Shown here: piece after piece, positions 38,501 to 51,822 of the stretch
How positions within the stretch are numbered: position 1 is the stretch's first letter
Layout: the number at the start of each line of letters is the position of its first letter
Source: Podarcis bocagei
Taxonomy: Eukaryota
Length of the DNA: 64,000 nucleotides
Reading direction: 5' to 3' (one strand)
Assembly (NCBI GenBank): GCA_964188305.1
Contig: OZ076889.1
Position numbers and translations under genes: made by a program
Notes under the pieces: generated by a model
The model's input: only the letters and a program-made list of their open reading frames with translations
What the model was told of the DNA's origin: nothing
Databases searched by the model: none

Positions 38501-41500
38501 AATGTAGCTGTTTATAGGGCTGAGGTTTTCTGTTGCTTTCTTGCTAGTTTCTCATCCCGAGTGACACTGGTAAGTTCCAAGTTTAGGTGAGCCTACATTT
38601 TCAATAGCTACAGTTTTGTGGTGCTATCTTCAGAGTTTCTTAACTATCCATGTATCAAGCTGAGTCTTGAGGCAGACCTATCCTATACATTGCCTCTTTT
38701 TGTTTTGCTTTGTGTTGTGTGCCTGTATGTTCAGGTTAAGAAAAAACCTTCTTTTGTGTTTTATTTTGGAGTACAAGAGCAAGGTTTGATAGCTTTGTGT
38801 GGAAATGCACAGACATTTAGATAGATGTCTTGATAGTTTATAGTTCCAAAAGGAAAGCTGCAGTGGTGGAGGATAAATAAATCACCAGACTAGCATTCTG
38901 AAAGCTGTTGAGCTCCCTTTGGGTCCCTTGCAATACTACAATTCTGTGATTATATGAATATTGAAAATAAACCTGTTTTGTCTGAGTTTTCTTAACTAAA
39001 TGAGAAAAGAGGGAGCTACTCTCAAAAATTGTAACGTTTACACGTGAAGAAACAGGTCGTGTTGGCTTTCAAAATGGTTTGCAGCAAGTTCTTTGTTCAT
39101 TCTGAAGTTAACTGCAATGCTTTGTTCTTTTTTGCTATGTATATGCCTCTGCAAACAAAATTTGTGAATAACTGTAGGCTCTAGTTTAGCCTTTCTGACT
39201 TAATGTTTGAGAATGTTTGAGGCAGATTCACTCTGGATTTAAAAGCTCCTTTTATGTTGAAGGTTAAATGGCGGTGGTGGCAAAACTTCTTAGAAGCTAC
39301 TTGCTCTTTATGAAAGTCTAAAAAATTAGTAACTCAAGGAACAGACTCCAAATTCATAATGGCAGGATGAAAGCCCATTACCAGAAAAGGAAGGGGGGAG
39401 GATCTGACTCGACCATTGGAATGAAAAAAGTAGACACATAATAGTCTCAGGAATGTCACATTGAGGAAATGACCTTTCAGTCTAATTTCCTACTTAGCTG
39501 GATCCCCTAAATTGACTGAGGCAGTAGAAACATTTGTTAGCGTTTGCTTACTGCCAGCCTTTTGCTGTTTAGTGTTATATCTTCAAAAACAGCTGTAGCT
39601 CAGGCTTGTGCATTGTGCAAATGAGTTTGTTGCTTTGACTGGAAGTGCACTAAACATGTTTGAGCATCTTCCATAGGCACATATGTAAAGCATTTCTAAT
39701 TACTTGGCTGAACGTCTGTAAGATTCTCCTGTCTGAAACTTTGAAGCAGAGAGTCTTAATGTTTTGAATCTAGGGAAACGTTTTGTACTAGTCACATGTA
39801 AAGGAGAAATTGGGCTGTAAAAAGATTTGGCTTGTTGCCATTTGGGATATAGTCATAGTCTTAGGTATGCTTGGGAAAAGCTTTTATCTGATGCTTGTCT
39901 TTTGTTAGTTGAAACTTGGATTGTACATTAAACCTTGTTATTTTAAAAATATATGAAAACTTTTCCTGGGGCACAAATAAAACACTCAAGAAAATACCTC
40001 CCTTTCATGTTCTGTTGTCCAGTGTAGAATGCTTAGAATAATGCTGGGTAGTGGAAAAATGTGTCTCTGCAATCAGAATCTGACATTCATATTTCCTACC
40101 CAGATATGTGTTGCTTTAAATTGCACATTTCTAATATGTCTGGCTCACATAGTAAATTTTTGCTGGAGACTGCTCAACTCAAGCTTTCAGTATCTTTGTG
40201 TCATTGGGAATGGAGTAGGGGGCTGAACATTTGCTGCATTTACTGCAAAACAATGCTGGTCTATGACTGTTTCAAATCATTCTATAGTATTAGAAGGTTT
40301 CTTTCTGCATGTCTGAAGCAAGGATAATTATTATTTATTGTATTAGTTGCTTTATACAAAAAGATGCCTTAAAGCAAATCAGCAATTACATAAAATGAAA
40401 AAAGCTAAAATCAGAAAAAAATAACCAAGAGAATAATAAAGTTCCTAAAACAGCTCATCCAGCACTACTTTAAAAATAACAAATTCTGCCCCTCCCCACC
40501 AAAACATGAGCACCACAATAAAGATCAAAATCGTAGCAAAGTATGATCCAAACTTACAAAAGGAAATTTCATCATAACTCCCAATGAAAACTGTTAATGC
40601 TGATTTCTTAAAGAATGCAAAAGTCAGTATTTTTTTTCTTGCAGAGGAAAATGTTCCCTTGCTGATCTCTATAAATTGTAATATCTATCAACTGAGAGTA
40701 TATGGAATGCAGGGATCTAAAACTTCTCTACTTTCTCCCCAATTATAGGGAAGCAATGGCTAATTAAATTTAATGTGGTTTCCTAGAAACTGACTCGTGC
40801 TTTCCTGCTGTTGACTGGACCCATCTGTCTGTAGTTTTCCTTTCTGGAGATTAGGGAAAGGAAGCTCTGGCTTTGATGCAAAATTCTTCACCCTTGATAG
40901 TTTTTCATGAGCAAAAGCCACATCGGATACAATTACACTCCTTGGTTCTGTACAGGGCATATAATGGGTGATCACTCAAACTGTGGCAAGCAAGGGAAAC
41001 TTTGCATTTAATTTAACAAAGGCAATGCTGAGTCAGCTCCTCTGGTATTTGCAACGTTGTTTCGTGTGAAATGCTAACTTAAACTAGGATTCCAAGTGAG
41101 AACCACAGTCCTCAGAGCAGCTTGCAGATTGTAAACCTGCTCTAAATTAATAGGGTGGATGCAAAAGGGCTTCCAATATTAGAAAAATAAAATTTAGTGT
41201 TTGCTCTTTGAATAACTGTGTTCCAGGTGATGGCTTGGTAGCTTGAATGTCTAAATAGTTTCTTATTAATTGTGACACTCCTTCCCAAGGAGAAAATTGT
41301 CCTAGCGTAGTCATTCTTTGGGTTCCTTACTGAGCAGAGTTTAAACACGTAGTCCAGAATGAAAAAGCAAGCCCCTGAAGGTTAATGGCATATGATTTAA
41401 GAATTTTATCTGCTCTCTTCTGCCAAAATTGTTCACTTGCTATCTTAATATGCTGGTGGCATGATTTTTCAGCTGTGGTCTATAATGTTTCCACACTATG

Positions 41501-42959
41501 CAATGTTTGTTCAGAGTGTTTATTCAGAGAGCATTTATTCCTGTGATTATATAACATTACCCAATAACACTTTTTTTCTTTCCTAAGCTCACAATGCAAA
41601 TGATAAAATACTATAAACACAAAGTATTAAAATCAACAGTCTGCAGCATAAACATTTTCCAACAGAGAGGATAATAGAAACAGTTAACCACTGTTTATGT
41701 GCTGTATATTTTTAGTTAAATACTTTAAAATTGGATTTTAAACCCTGGGAGAAAAGTCTTCACCTGCATGCACTTAAAGAAGGTGCCAGATGAGCTTCTG
41801 TGGGAAGGGTGTTATAGAACAGGAATCCTAGCACTAAGAAGGCCCACTCCTTGACAGCCACCTGGAGCAGATCTTGAGGTTTCAGTTGCCCGACACTTTT
41901 AACTGTGTCTGGAGACAGGCTTGGCAATTGGTGCTGCTAATGAAGCACTAGCATAATATGAGCTAATTGTCCAGTTAATAATGATACAGGCCTATTTTGG
42001 ATTAAGTGCAGTTTCCAAATTGTTTTCAAAAGCAGCCCCTTGTAAAAAACAGAAGCAGCCATTTGTACAACTCACTGAAATATAGATGGGTTGTCAATGC
42101 ATGGTTAATTGTAGCTACGTTATCTCAATTTACATATGGTAATAGCCGATAAAAGATACTCCAGGCAACAGAGGCCACTCAGGACTGTAATGGCAATGCT
42201 GGATGAATAAGCACCTATAAACTGTGTATCTGATATTCTTTAGCGCGTAGTACAGCCCCCTTCAGAATAGGTCTGAAAGCCATTCACTCAGGTGATGAAT
42301 CACCCACCAACATTATCTCAATTGTGTCTGGATTGAGTTTCAGTTCATTTGCCTTCATACAGTCCATTACCATGCCCAGGCACTGGTTTAGGACACCAGC
42401 AGCTGCACCTGAATTTGAGAAAGCTGAGTGTCAGTTGCATGTATGTTTGGGTTAAAAGTGGACCATGAGTCTAAAAAGGTTGAAGATACCTGCTGCAGAG
42501 GACATTGAAATCAGCTGAGTAGAGTTCATCGAGCAAATTATGATATCCTGTAAGTAACTGTTCAAAACATCAGCTCCCTCCAGCAGCTTTTCTTTTCCTT
42601 TCCGGGCATCCAAGTGAAGCTTCTTTCATCCTGTGTTTAGAGTGACTCATGGTTGGGACAGAGCCAGCTCACTGCTATTATGCATTAAAAGATCACATTG
42701 GTGTGTGTTAGCACTGTTGGAGGAAGAGCTAGATCAGCAGTGGGGAACAGGATTTGGCCAGTGAGCCAGAAGAGCTCCCCCACCCCTGTGGCTATTTTGA
42801 CAAGTGGGTGGCACCATCCACCTGTCAGTCGCATGACATCACCATGATATCAGGTTACCCAACTTAAAATGAAAGAATCAAGAGCACACTCTTAAGCGAG
42901 CTCCCAGTTCTTTCCTTTCTTCTTTTCCAGCCCATTTTACTGTAGGTGGACAGTATTTT

Positions 42960-43195
42960 ACTTAATTACATTTTTATGCTGCCCTTACTCTAAAGAGCTC
43001 AAGATGTAGTATGCAGCCTTTTCTTCTTCTCCCCATCTCCTACTCTGTTGTTTTCCCAGCCTGACCAACCACCAAGGAATGTTATGGAGAACAGCTGGTC
43101 CAAAAGGCACCCAGTGAACTTCATGGTTGAGAGAGGATTTGAATCTGGGTCTCCTCACTCCTAGTCCCACTTGTTAAATACTACGCCACACTGGT
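42960..43195 (-). mobile_element. Old CORE/MIR-like SINE
   Basis: GGATTTGAATCTGGGTCTCC (reverse B-box) and TACTACGCCACACTGG (reverse A-box) at the right end. Confidence 0.5.
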
Positions 43196-45387
43196 TTTCC
43201 TTACATGCATCCCTCTTCATACAAAAATTACACTTGCACCGCCCACCATCTACTCCAAGGTATAACCTCCATCCCCAAATAATACTGATATGGCATTTCT
43301 TCCAAAGTAATGAAAATAGGTGTGTTGATAATAGAAACAAAGATTTACTATGAATATTCCTTTGCTTGCGGCCAACTTCCTTGGGAATAATTCAAAAGTG
43401 CTGGCTTGTTTCTCTTTTTTTAAACAATGGCAAATAGATATTCCAGAAAAAGAAATCAAGGTAGCCGAAATAAGAGTTAGCTGTTAAGAAACCTGATATA
43501 GGCCCTAGCAACGGGAGAGGCAGAATGTAGGTCAGTTCCTTTTGTAGGCTGATGAAATTATTGTGGGAGCTCCCAGAGGAAAATAAAATATGTTGCCTGT
43601 AAAGATAGAAGAAGAGAAACTTTTATAAGTATTAGGATTTATTGATCTTCTGTTCCAAAAATAAGGAGATGTTGCTAATTGCCTTAAGGTGAAACGTAGC
43701 CATTATCCAACATTAGTTAGCGTAGCAAAATGGGAAAAAATTGATTTAAAGAAACTGACTTGTATTCTTAGTAGCAGCTGCTGCTTGGGATTGTTGAATC
43801 TTCTCATCCATTTGGAAATTATGAGATGGTAGGCTGCAGTGGGGGAAGTATAAGGTTATATAGCAGAATGGATCCAAAGCTGCCCTTTCAGTCACAGGAC
43901 TCCTTCCATGACTGGTCTTTGATCCAGTGGAGGATCAACTAATGGAAGGTGCTAGGTGCTATTTCTCACTGATTTTATCAACACCACCCCTTGAACACAC
44001 ACCCATCTGCTTTGAAAGGTTGGTGGACGCTCCAGCACAGCGTAAGAGGTGATGGGGGTGCTGTAATGGAGGGGGTGAATTGTCAGTACAATGCCTCCTT
44101 TCCATTTGCATTACAGACACCAGTGGTGCCTTTTACATCAGAACAACTCCACTGACTGGATTTTGGAATCCAACCCAGTATTTCATCTATACATTCCCAG
44201 TTTCTTTGCTTCTCACAGAATCTTGTTACTTATGCTCTGTGCTGTCATCACAATTTCTAGAACTGCTGTCATCACTAATTGGGAATAGAGGTGTCTTGGG
44301 CTGCATACTGATTACTATTCCTCCTTTGATGTTGTAGCAACAGAAGCAAACAATTTTTGCAGCTTTGCCCTGTACAAAGGCAAACGTCACCAGTCCTGAA
44401 TCTCATTTATGTGCTTTAGGGAACAGACTTTTTTTTTTTTAAGGTGCTGCATATTGCAGATAATTAATGAATTTAAAATATATTTAAAGACTTTTCAGCC
44501 AGTATTCTCAGTAGAGGCTCAGGCATTCAAAGGCTGAACAAGCAGAGATCTTTTCATCACTGAAAAAATATGGATTATTCTAAAATGGAATTGATTATCT
44601 TAGTCCCCTGTCTAAATTTAGAAAGCTGCAATCATTCCTGTGTTTCATAGTGAGCAATAAAATTCTATTTTGAGAGAGTAGCTATTGCCATAGAAACATT
44701 TATTTAAATCTAAACCCAATTTTGTGTGCGCCTTCCAAAATAGTTTTTAGAAATCATTTTTGATTAATGAATTGTTGTTCTCTAGTACAGATGTACCATA
44801 CTTGCATTGGGTGTTTCATGGGCAAGGCTCAAATGAATGTTTCTGCCTCTCTTCTGCCATGGTGGATAGAAGAACATGGAAAGAGAAACTCAGTGTACAT
44901 TCAATATAACACTAGCTTGTTTAGACCACACAACAAACCAGCACACCTTTTAAGCACTTGCCACCTTGTATCCATCTCTGTGGGTGGTTGCTACAAGGAA
45001 CACATTGTATTATAAAGAGGACCTTTGCATTCTAATGTTCTATTAAGTCTCCCAGCCTCTGTACCAGTTGCCTAACAATCCACTTCACTGAAAGATGAAT
45101 GGAATCAAGAATGCTTAGGGTGCACCCTGTTTGTCTGACTTGCAGGCAGAGCCAAATCTTTGAATAATCTGCATCTGATTAAAGGGGTACCAAGCCATTG
45201 CAGCAAAAAATAGTAAAGTGCCTGCAAGGTGGCATGGGGTTAAAAGGTACATGGGTTTGTTCCAAGCTCAAGCAAGCATTTGGATTCCCTGAAATCAGTC
45301 CCATCAGAATGAAGGCTATCATTTCCCTTGAATATGAGCAAATTATCCATGTGAAATGTGACCTTCTTAATAGTCTCTCTCTCAGTA

Positions 45388-45752
45388 AAGGTAAAGGTAA
45401 AGGTACCCCTGCCCGAACGGGCCAGTCTTGACAGACTCTGGGGTTTGTGCGCCCATCTCACATCTATTGGCCGGGGGCCAGCGCTGTCCGGAGACACTTC
45501 CGGGTCACGTGGCCAGCGTGACAAAGCTGCAACTGGCGAGCCAGCGCAGCACACGGAACGCCGTTTACCTTCCCGCTGGTAAGCGGTACCTATTTATCTA
45601 CTTGCACCCGGGGGTGCTTTCGAACTGCTAGGTTGGCAGGCGCTGGGACCGAGCAGCGGGAGCGCACCCCGCCGCGGGGATTCGAACCGCCGACCTTTCG
45701 ATCGGCAAGCCCTAGGCGCTGAGGCTTTAGCCCACAGCGCCACCCGCGTCCC
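45388..45752 (-). mobile_element. Sauria SINE, full length, young and a different subfamily from the 9-10 kb copies
   Basis: (AAAGGT)n reverse tail, intact head, B-box GGATTCGAACC, CpGs retained, perfect 14-bp TSD TCTCTCTCTCAGTA (45374-45387, 45754-45767). Confidence 0.95.
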
Positions 45753-48396
45753 TTCTCTCTCTCAGTACTTGCACATTATGTTATCTTAACTTGTAATAGG
45801 CTTAGCAAAGGGCAGCTCGTCACTGGAAATCAAATACCTTATACCAGATTTGTCACTGGTACCAAGCACACCTGTCAGAAGCAAATCTTGATGGAATTTA
45901 TTGTCAAGTAGCTGTGTTTAGGATCACAGCCTTAGTGAAACACTGTACAACTCTACAGATGAGGGCATTAAGAGGCAAATATTGCAAAATGGCTTAATAT
46001 TACCTGTGTGAGTACTGAGGGAATTGCCATTATGATAGTAATTTACTTGAAATCCATTCTGCAGCATACTTTGCAGTGTTTTTGCTGTGTCTAATGGAGA
46101 GCAGACATAATTCTTAGGGTGGAACAGATGGAACACTGTATAAAAGACACCCAGGCCCTTCAAATGGAAAAGTCTAAATTTGGTATTTTTGCAAGTGATA
46201 TGTTTAGGTCAATGGGTTTCACATTGTTAAATCTGAATATGCCCAAGGGCTACTTTTAACTTGTTAAATAAACTTTTGCCAATTCAATCATGCGTGGACC
46301 ATTTTGTAGAATTAAGTTGGAAGTCCAGCCCTAAAACTCACAACAACATCCTTCTTGAATATGTCAGATTTTGATATGAACCCAATAAAAAAGTTATTTT
46401 GCAGCCAATGTGTTCCATGAGAAATTATTCTGGAATGTCATGCATCCTGAATTTTACATTTTCGCCTTTTGAAGTACCATATAACCCAAATGTATTAGTT
46501 TGTTTTGTAGCCGTGTGTGTTCTTGTATCTACGATCGTCTTTAAACTAGATAGTTTGTTTCCTTTCGGTGTGGCTTTTTGGGGAGAGATGAGTGGGTCCT
46601 CTGTAAAATAGTGTAAAATAGTACATGGCTTTGTAAACTATGCACATGTGGAGACAGAATGTCTTGAAATTCTTGTGTCTCAAGTGTAATGCAAGATACA
46701 TTATCAGTTCATTATCAAACTGCAATATCCTTTAGAATTGAGGAATTTTACAAAGTCAACTGCATGTGATCAAACTGCTTTTAGGAGATATCAGTAAATT
46801 AGCTTTTGCAAGATGTGCATGTTATCATTCCACATACTACACAGGAGAAACAAGTAGCTTGTGCTTTCCTGGTTTGGATTGTGTAATGGTGACTGCTTAA
46901 GATTAAACTATGAATCTTATCCCTATGATTATTTGGATTGCTCTTTTTTATTTTCTCTTTCCCCCATTTGCAACATGTATCTGTCCCTCCTTTATAAAGG
47001 ATGAGAGTGTAGAAACTACCTAGTGAACTCAACTGGTATCATAATTAATCATCCAGTAATGCTGGAATAGTCAAGCATGTATTGATTTTATCCCACTTCC
47101 ACCATGGGACTAGATTGGTTTAAATCCCAGGTATTCTACTTTTTAATATATCGGTGCCCCACCATTACAAACTCAAAGGGTTTGTGATACTGGGTAGAAC
47201 AGAATAATGCAGGTCAGCAATTGTTTTGAAACAATTATGGTTCCTTGTTTGTTCATTCATTGCACTAAGCATCACACATAACTGTGTCTGTCTTCCTGGA
47301 TTGTGAGTGACTGAGTTCTTGCCCAAGTAAACAAATGTTCCTCAATAAGCTGACTGATGCTTTTGGCTCCAGATAAAAAGCCCATTTCTTTCTCTGCAGC
47401 GCTGTTCTTGCCATGCTTTGCAACAAACGAGTCTTTTAGATTTAAAGTCAAGTTCTACTGCCAGTTTGTTCTCTGCTACAGTAAAACACTTCAAGAAATA
47501 AGAACCATGCAAATATAACTTTGGTTATGGTTGTTGTTGTTTAAAAAAGGTGTGTGGTACATACATACTAGTTCTGCATTCTTGTGCTGACTTGTTTAAT
47601 ATGAAGTCGCTGCTATTTAAAGATTAAACCATTTTTTTAACATCTTCACACACAAATTCAAATAATCTTGGCCAGCTGCCAGCAAGCTTTTGAATGTTGG
47701 CCAAGACTGGAGGCAACCAAGAATGCCTGGAAATAATTAATCGAAATAGATGGTACCAACTTCTGAAATGCTATTTTCTGAAAATAGCTGTTGCCAGAAA
47801 AATGACAGATAGCTAAGCAGCATATATATCAAAAGTAAGCAACCTGTTTATATAGGTTTAAAAGAAAATTCATTTGACTGGAATAAGTCTAGTGTTGTCC
47901 TTATCTAAACTTAAGAGAAAGTAAAAATTCAGGATTACTAATTCTTCGTGTCTGTAACTTCTGACATTATGGCCCCAAGTGCTGATGAAGGAAATCTGTG
48001 AGTTTTAAACGTCCCATGAGCCTGTAATGTTTCACCCAATTCTTGCCAGCTAAAAGTACACTTCATATTGCAAAATAGATCACCTGCTTTGCATGCAAAA
48101 TATCCCAGGTCTGATGCTGCAGTTCCAGGTCCTGGATATTGGGTAGGAAGACTCCGCATGACCTTTACCTAAGATGCTGGAATGCCGCTGCCCGAAAGAA
48201 AGCTAGATGGACTGTTACTGCATGCAGTCGACCAAAGGTTTACTCAGTAACTGATTTCTTGTGGTGATACCTTCTGGAACTTAGAGATGAAATAGAGGAT
48301 AAGACAAGTGCTCCTCTGAGCTACTAAATGCTAGAGAATAGCTAACAAAACTAATTAGATTAGCCATTATTTGTCCATACTATGGTATGAACAAAC

Positions 48397-48438
48397 TGTA
48401 TGTATGTATGTATGTATGTATGTGTATGTATGTATGTA
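48397..48438. repeat. (TATG)n microsatellite
   Basis: Directly visible. Confidence 0.9.
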
Positions 48439-50394
48439 CAAACTATAGGGGTGATTATTTCCGAGGCTTCAGTTTGAACACCATATTTTACCAGACTCTT
48501 GTGTATTGAGCTAAACACTTGCTAGACATTAATGTTTTGATGAAAAGTTTGAGATGCTTTTGTTGCTGTTCTGTCACAGGCTTGTGGCCTCACATCCTCT
48601 GGGGCTCTGAAGCAGATTATTCTGAGGAATAGATAGATGGCTCTGTGAGGAGAGGAAGGACAATCACTTCTGGCTTCCTAATTTTAGTATTTTTCCCCTT
48701 TAGGTGCTCATTTAGGGCTTAAAGAGGAGGAATAATTGGGAGGCTATTTATGTTAACATCCCAGGAAGGAGAAATATTTCCAATGCAGATGAGTTGTGTA
48801 TGCTTTACATCCATAACAAAACTATCAAGTGCCATTTTCCAATGTGAGAATTCCCTTAGTCTTTTGAGGTGTATTTCCCTCCTCTTTAGTTTATATTCAA
48901 TACAATCCACAAACAGTATTTATTCAGAGTTAATTATGAGGAGGAAAATCAGTATTCATTATGTAATCTGCCTAGGAAAGTCCTTGTAAATAACTGCCCT
49001 TTGAGTAATGCAAGGTCGCTTTTTAATGAATGCTGAAAACAGACCAGGGAAAAGATGAGGGCTTCAAATAGGTGTGGCCTGCAACAAAATATTGCAGTGT
49101 GTGTTCTTCTCACAGGTGTGTCCTGTTCAGAATTCCTTCTAGGCAGCCATGGTTGCACCTAGCAAATAATTCTGTTCTTTCCTTTCCACTTTTGCTTTTA
49201 CAACGGACAGGCAACATTCTGTGGCTACTGAGCATGCTCATTGGACTGGCTTTGGGTGGGGGCAGAATTGCTCAATAAATTTAATGTATGTCTTGGGGTT
49301 CACCCAGGTATACAGTTTACTCCCTCTTGTTTCTCTGTAGTCCTGTTTTGACTCTGTTTCTGTCAGCACTGACTGCTTTAGCTAACCACTAAGAGGGAGA
49401 ATTAGGATGCAATGCACATGCAATGCACATAGTTCAGTGGACTGAAGCACAGTGTACAACTGCCTACACTCAAACCATTCTTACAAACAATATCAAGTAT
49501 GTTCTCCATTTATTCATCTCTGTCTTCTGGTACTACTTCAGAGAGAAACAACTTTGGGGCTAGTATTTCATATCAACTGCATTAGGAGGTTGTGTTTGGA
49601 CATATTGATAAATTATGGGCTATTGTTGAAAAGGCAAGGCTGGTGCTTGAATGATCCGCCTCTCCTATTTTTTCTCCAGTGTAGCCAAAGAAGGAAACTC
49701 TTTTCATCTAACCATAGTTTAGCCTTACGTCTGAAGCTGGAAAAACTATGGTTAATCTTAACTGTGGCTTATTGAAACAAGTCAGCAACAAAAAAAAACC
49801 ACATAGGTTAGCTGCCTTCGGACATAATTATACATAATGAGTTGGCCACTGAGTGGCTGAAGAGTTGTGAAGTAAACAAGCAAAACAGTAGCTTATCCTA
49901 CATTTTTCTATATAAAATGCTTGAGCTGACTTACAAAGTAAGATTAAAATAATTTCAAATACACATAGCTTGTTTAAAATATACAAAATACATATTTGAA
50001 ACCATAAAATATTAAAATTAAAGAAGCTGGTTTACAATAAAAACAGGTTTTCATGCTTAAAATATATAGGTAATTTTAATATAGTCCCTAGATAGGAGTA
50101 AAGACTTTTATTGTTAGGTTAACTTTATATGCCAACTATTCTGTAGTTGTTGCCAAAGGAAGTTTGAATCCACCTTATAAGCTCTTGCAGCGACACCCAT
50201 CCACAGGTATGCACTAAGCTCTCAAATTTCAGCACATGTGCATCACTTTTCAGTTAGCTTAGATCCAGGTCCATGTAAAATTGGTAGAATATGGATGTGT
50301 CAACGGCATTATTTATTTATTTATTTATAAGTCCATCTTATTTGTGAGATCACTTTCTGACAGGAGCTGCCTTTTTATAGAAAAAAATGAATTA

Positions 50395-50545
50395 TTGTGA
50401 CACCTTCAAGCTAGGAATTTTATTAAAGTATAAGCTTTCAAGAACTATAATTCCACTTCATCAGATGTCTATACCAGAGATTCTATAGTTACTGCTAAAG
50501 AAAGCTGGCACCTGACGAAGCTGACTCTAGCCCACAAAAGCTTGG
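50395..50545. mobile_element. Degraded Penelope-like element remnant with two divergent hammerhead-like cores
   Basis: Minus strand CTGATGA...GAAAGCTTATAC (50428-50467); plus strand CTGACGA...CAAAAGCTT (50512-50543). Confidence 0.5.
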
Positions 50546-51460
50546 GCCTCATCAAAATGGATTCGAGATGTATTCATTGTAGCTCTGGGGTGAGCTTTCC
50601 ATCACAGAAAGGGTTTCTCCTTGCACAATGGAAGGTTCACCCCCTCTCTTCACCCATGTGCCCCCTAAATCTGTTTTAGAGGTTCCCTCAGCCCTCTGGA
50701 GCAGATTTGAGGAGGTCATGGGGCATGCAAGAGGGAGGAGAGGGAGGAAAGTCCCATTGAGTAAATGGAAGTCATTCCACTCACACAATTAGGCTCTTTT
50801 GTCTTTAAGCTGCTACAAAATGCTTTGTTATTTACTGAAACTATATAGCAAGTTTATTATATGAAGTTTATGTTCCACATCAAGAAAGTTGTGGAATGCC
50901 CCGTTGTTCTAGCTCCAGAATTTAAGTGGCTATTAGTAAGCCTGGAGCTTTATTTCTCAAAAATAGTGTTTTTCAACAAAAGTGAGCATGGCTGGTGTCT
51001 CACAGCATCTTTCTGTGGCATTTCTCATTTTCTAGGTCCAAGTACCAGGTTGGTCAAGATACTGAAACTTTCCACTGATGGGTTCAAACACCAAGAGGTG
51101 GTTTTATCAGGACCTTATATATAAAGCAAAATTGCAGGCTTCCACCCCACTACTGTGTAGCCCCTTTCAAGTGTGGCTTGCTTTATAGCTTTTTGGAGGG
51201 TTCTTCCCCACTTTTTCCATTATCTTCCAGTCTGTGTTTTGGTGTTCCTCTTGAATTTCACAGCAGGGTAGTGCTGGCTATTAATGTGCTTTGGGCTGCT
51301 CCGTGCATAGGCTGGCCTATTCTGCATCTATGCTTGTTAGCTTCTCTAAACATTGTGACCAATTTGCCTTTCCTCTCAACTCACTGGGTTTTTGCTGCTT
51401 TCTCTTCCATCTTCTGCTTCCCTTCTCTCCCTCCACACTTTCTCGCTGCCGCTGTCGCAG

Positions 51461-51822
51461 GTTCGGCATGCCTAGTGGGCTATAAAAAGACACCGCCACC
51501 AGTCCCACCTCGGACCACCTCCAAGCCGTTCATCTCTGTCACCGTGCAGAGCAGCACCGAATCGGCACAAGACAACTACCTGGACAACCAGGACCACAAG
51601 AGCGAGGTCAACAGCCAGTCGGGACTGAGCAATTCTTCGGATAGCTTAGACAGCACCAGACCACCCAGCGTGACAAGAGGGAGCATTGTGCCTCCAGCCA
51701 GGGAGCCTCCTGAGTTACCCCAGAAAAATGCAACCTTGAAGAGCGACAAGGGGACCCTGACAAGTGAGGAGCCAAAGGTCGAGAATATCCCCAAAAGGAA
51801 GCTGTCATCTATAGGAATACAA
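51461..51822 (+). CDS. DLGAP4: DLGAP4 coding exon (SACLVGYKKTPPPVPPRTTSKPFISVTVQSSTESAQD...KRKLSSIGIQ)
   Basis: Long pyrimidine tract + GCAG acceptor, donor CAA|GTATGG; 362 nt, phase 1 to 0; GKAP/SAPAP family sequence. Confidence 0.96.

Noticed and set aside
51178-51460. Hydrophobic N-terminal extension of the 253-aa ORF
   Set aside because: Intronic polypyrimidine tract read in frame from a TTG; the real exon starts at the AG acceptor (51461)
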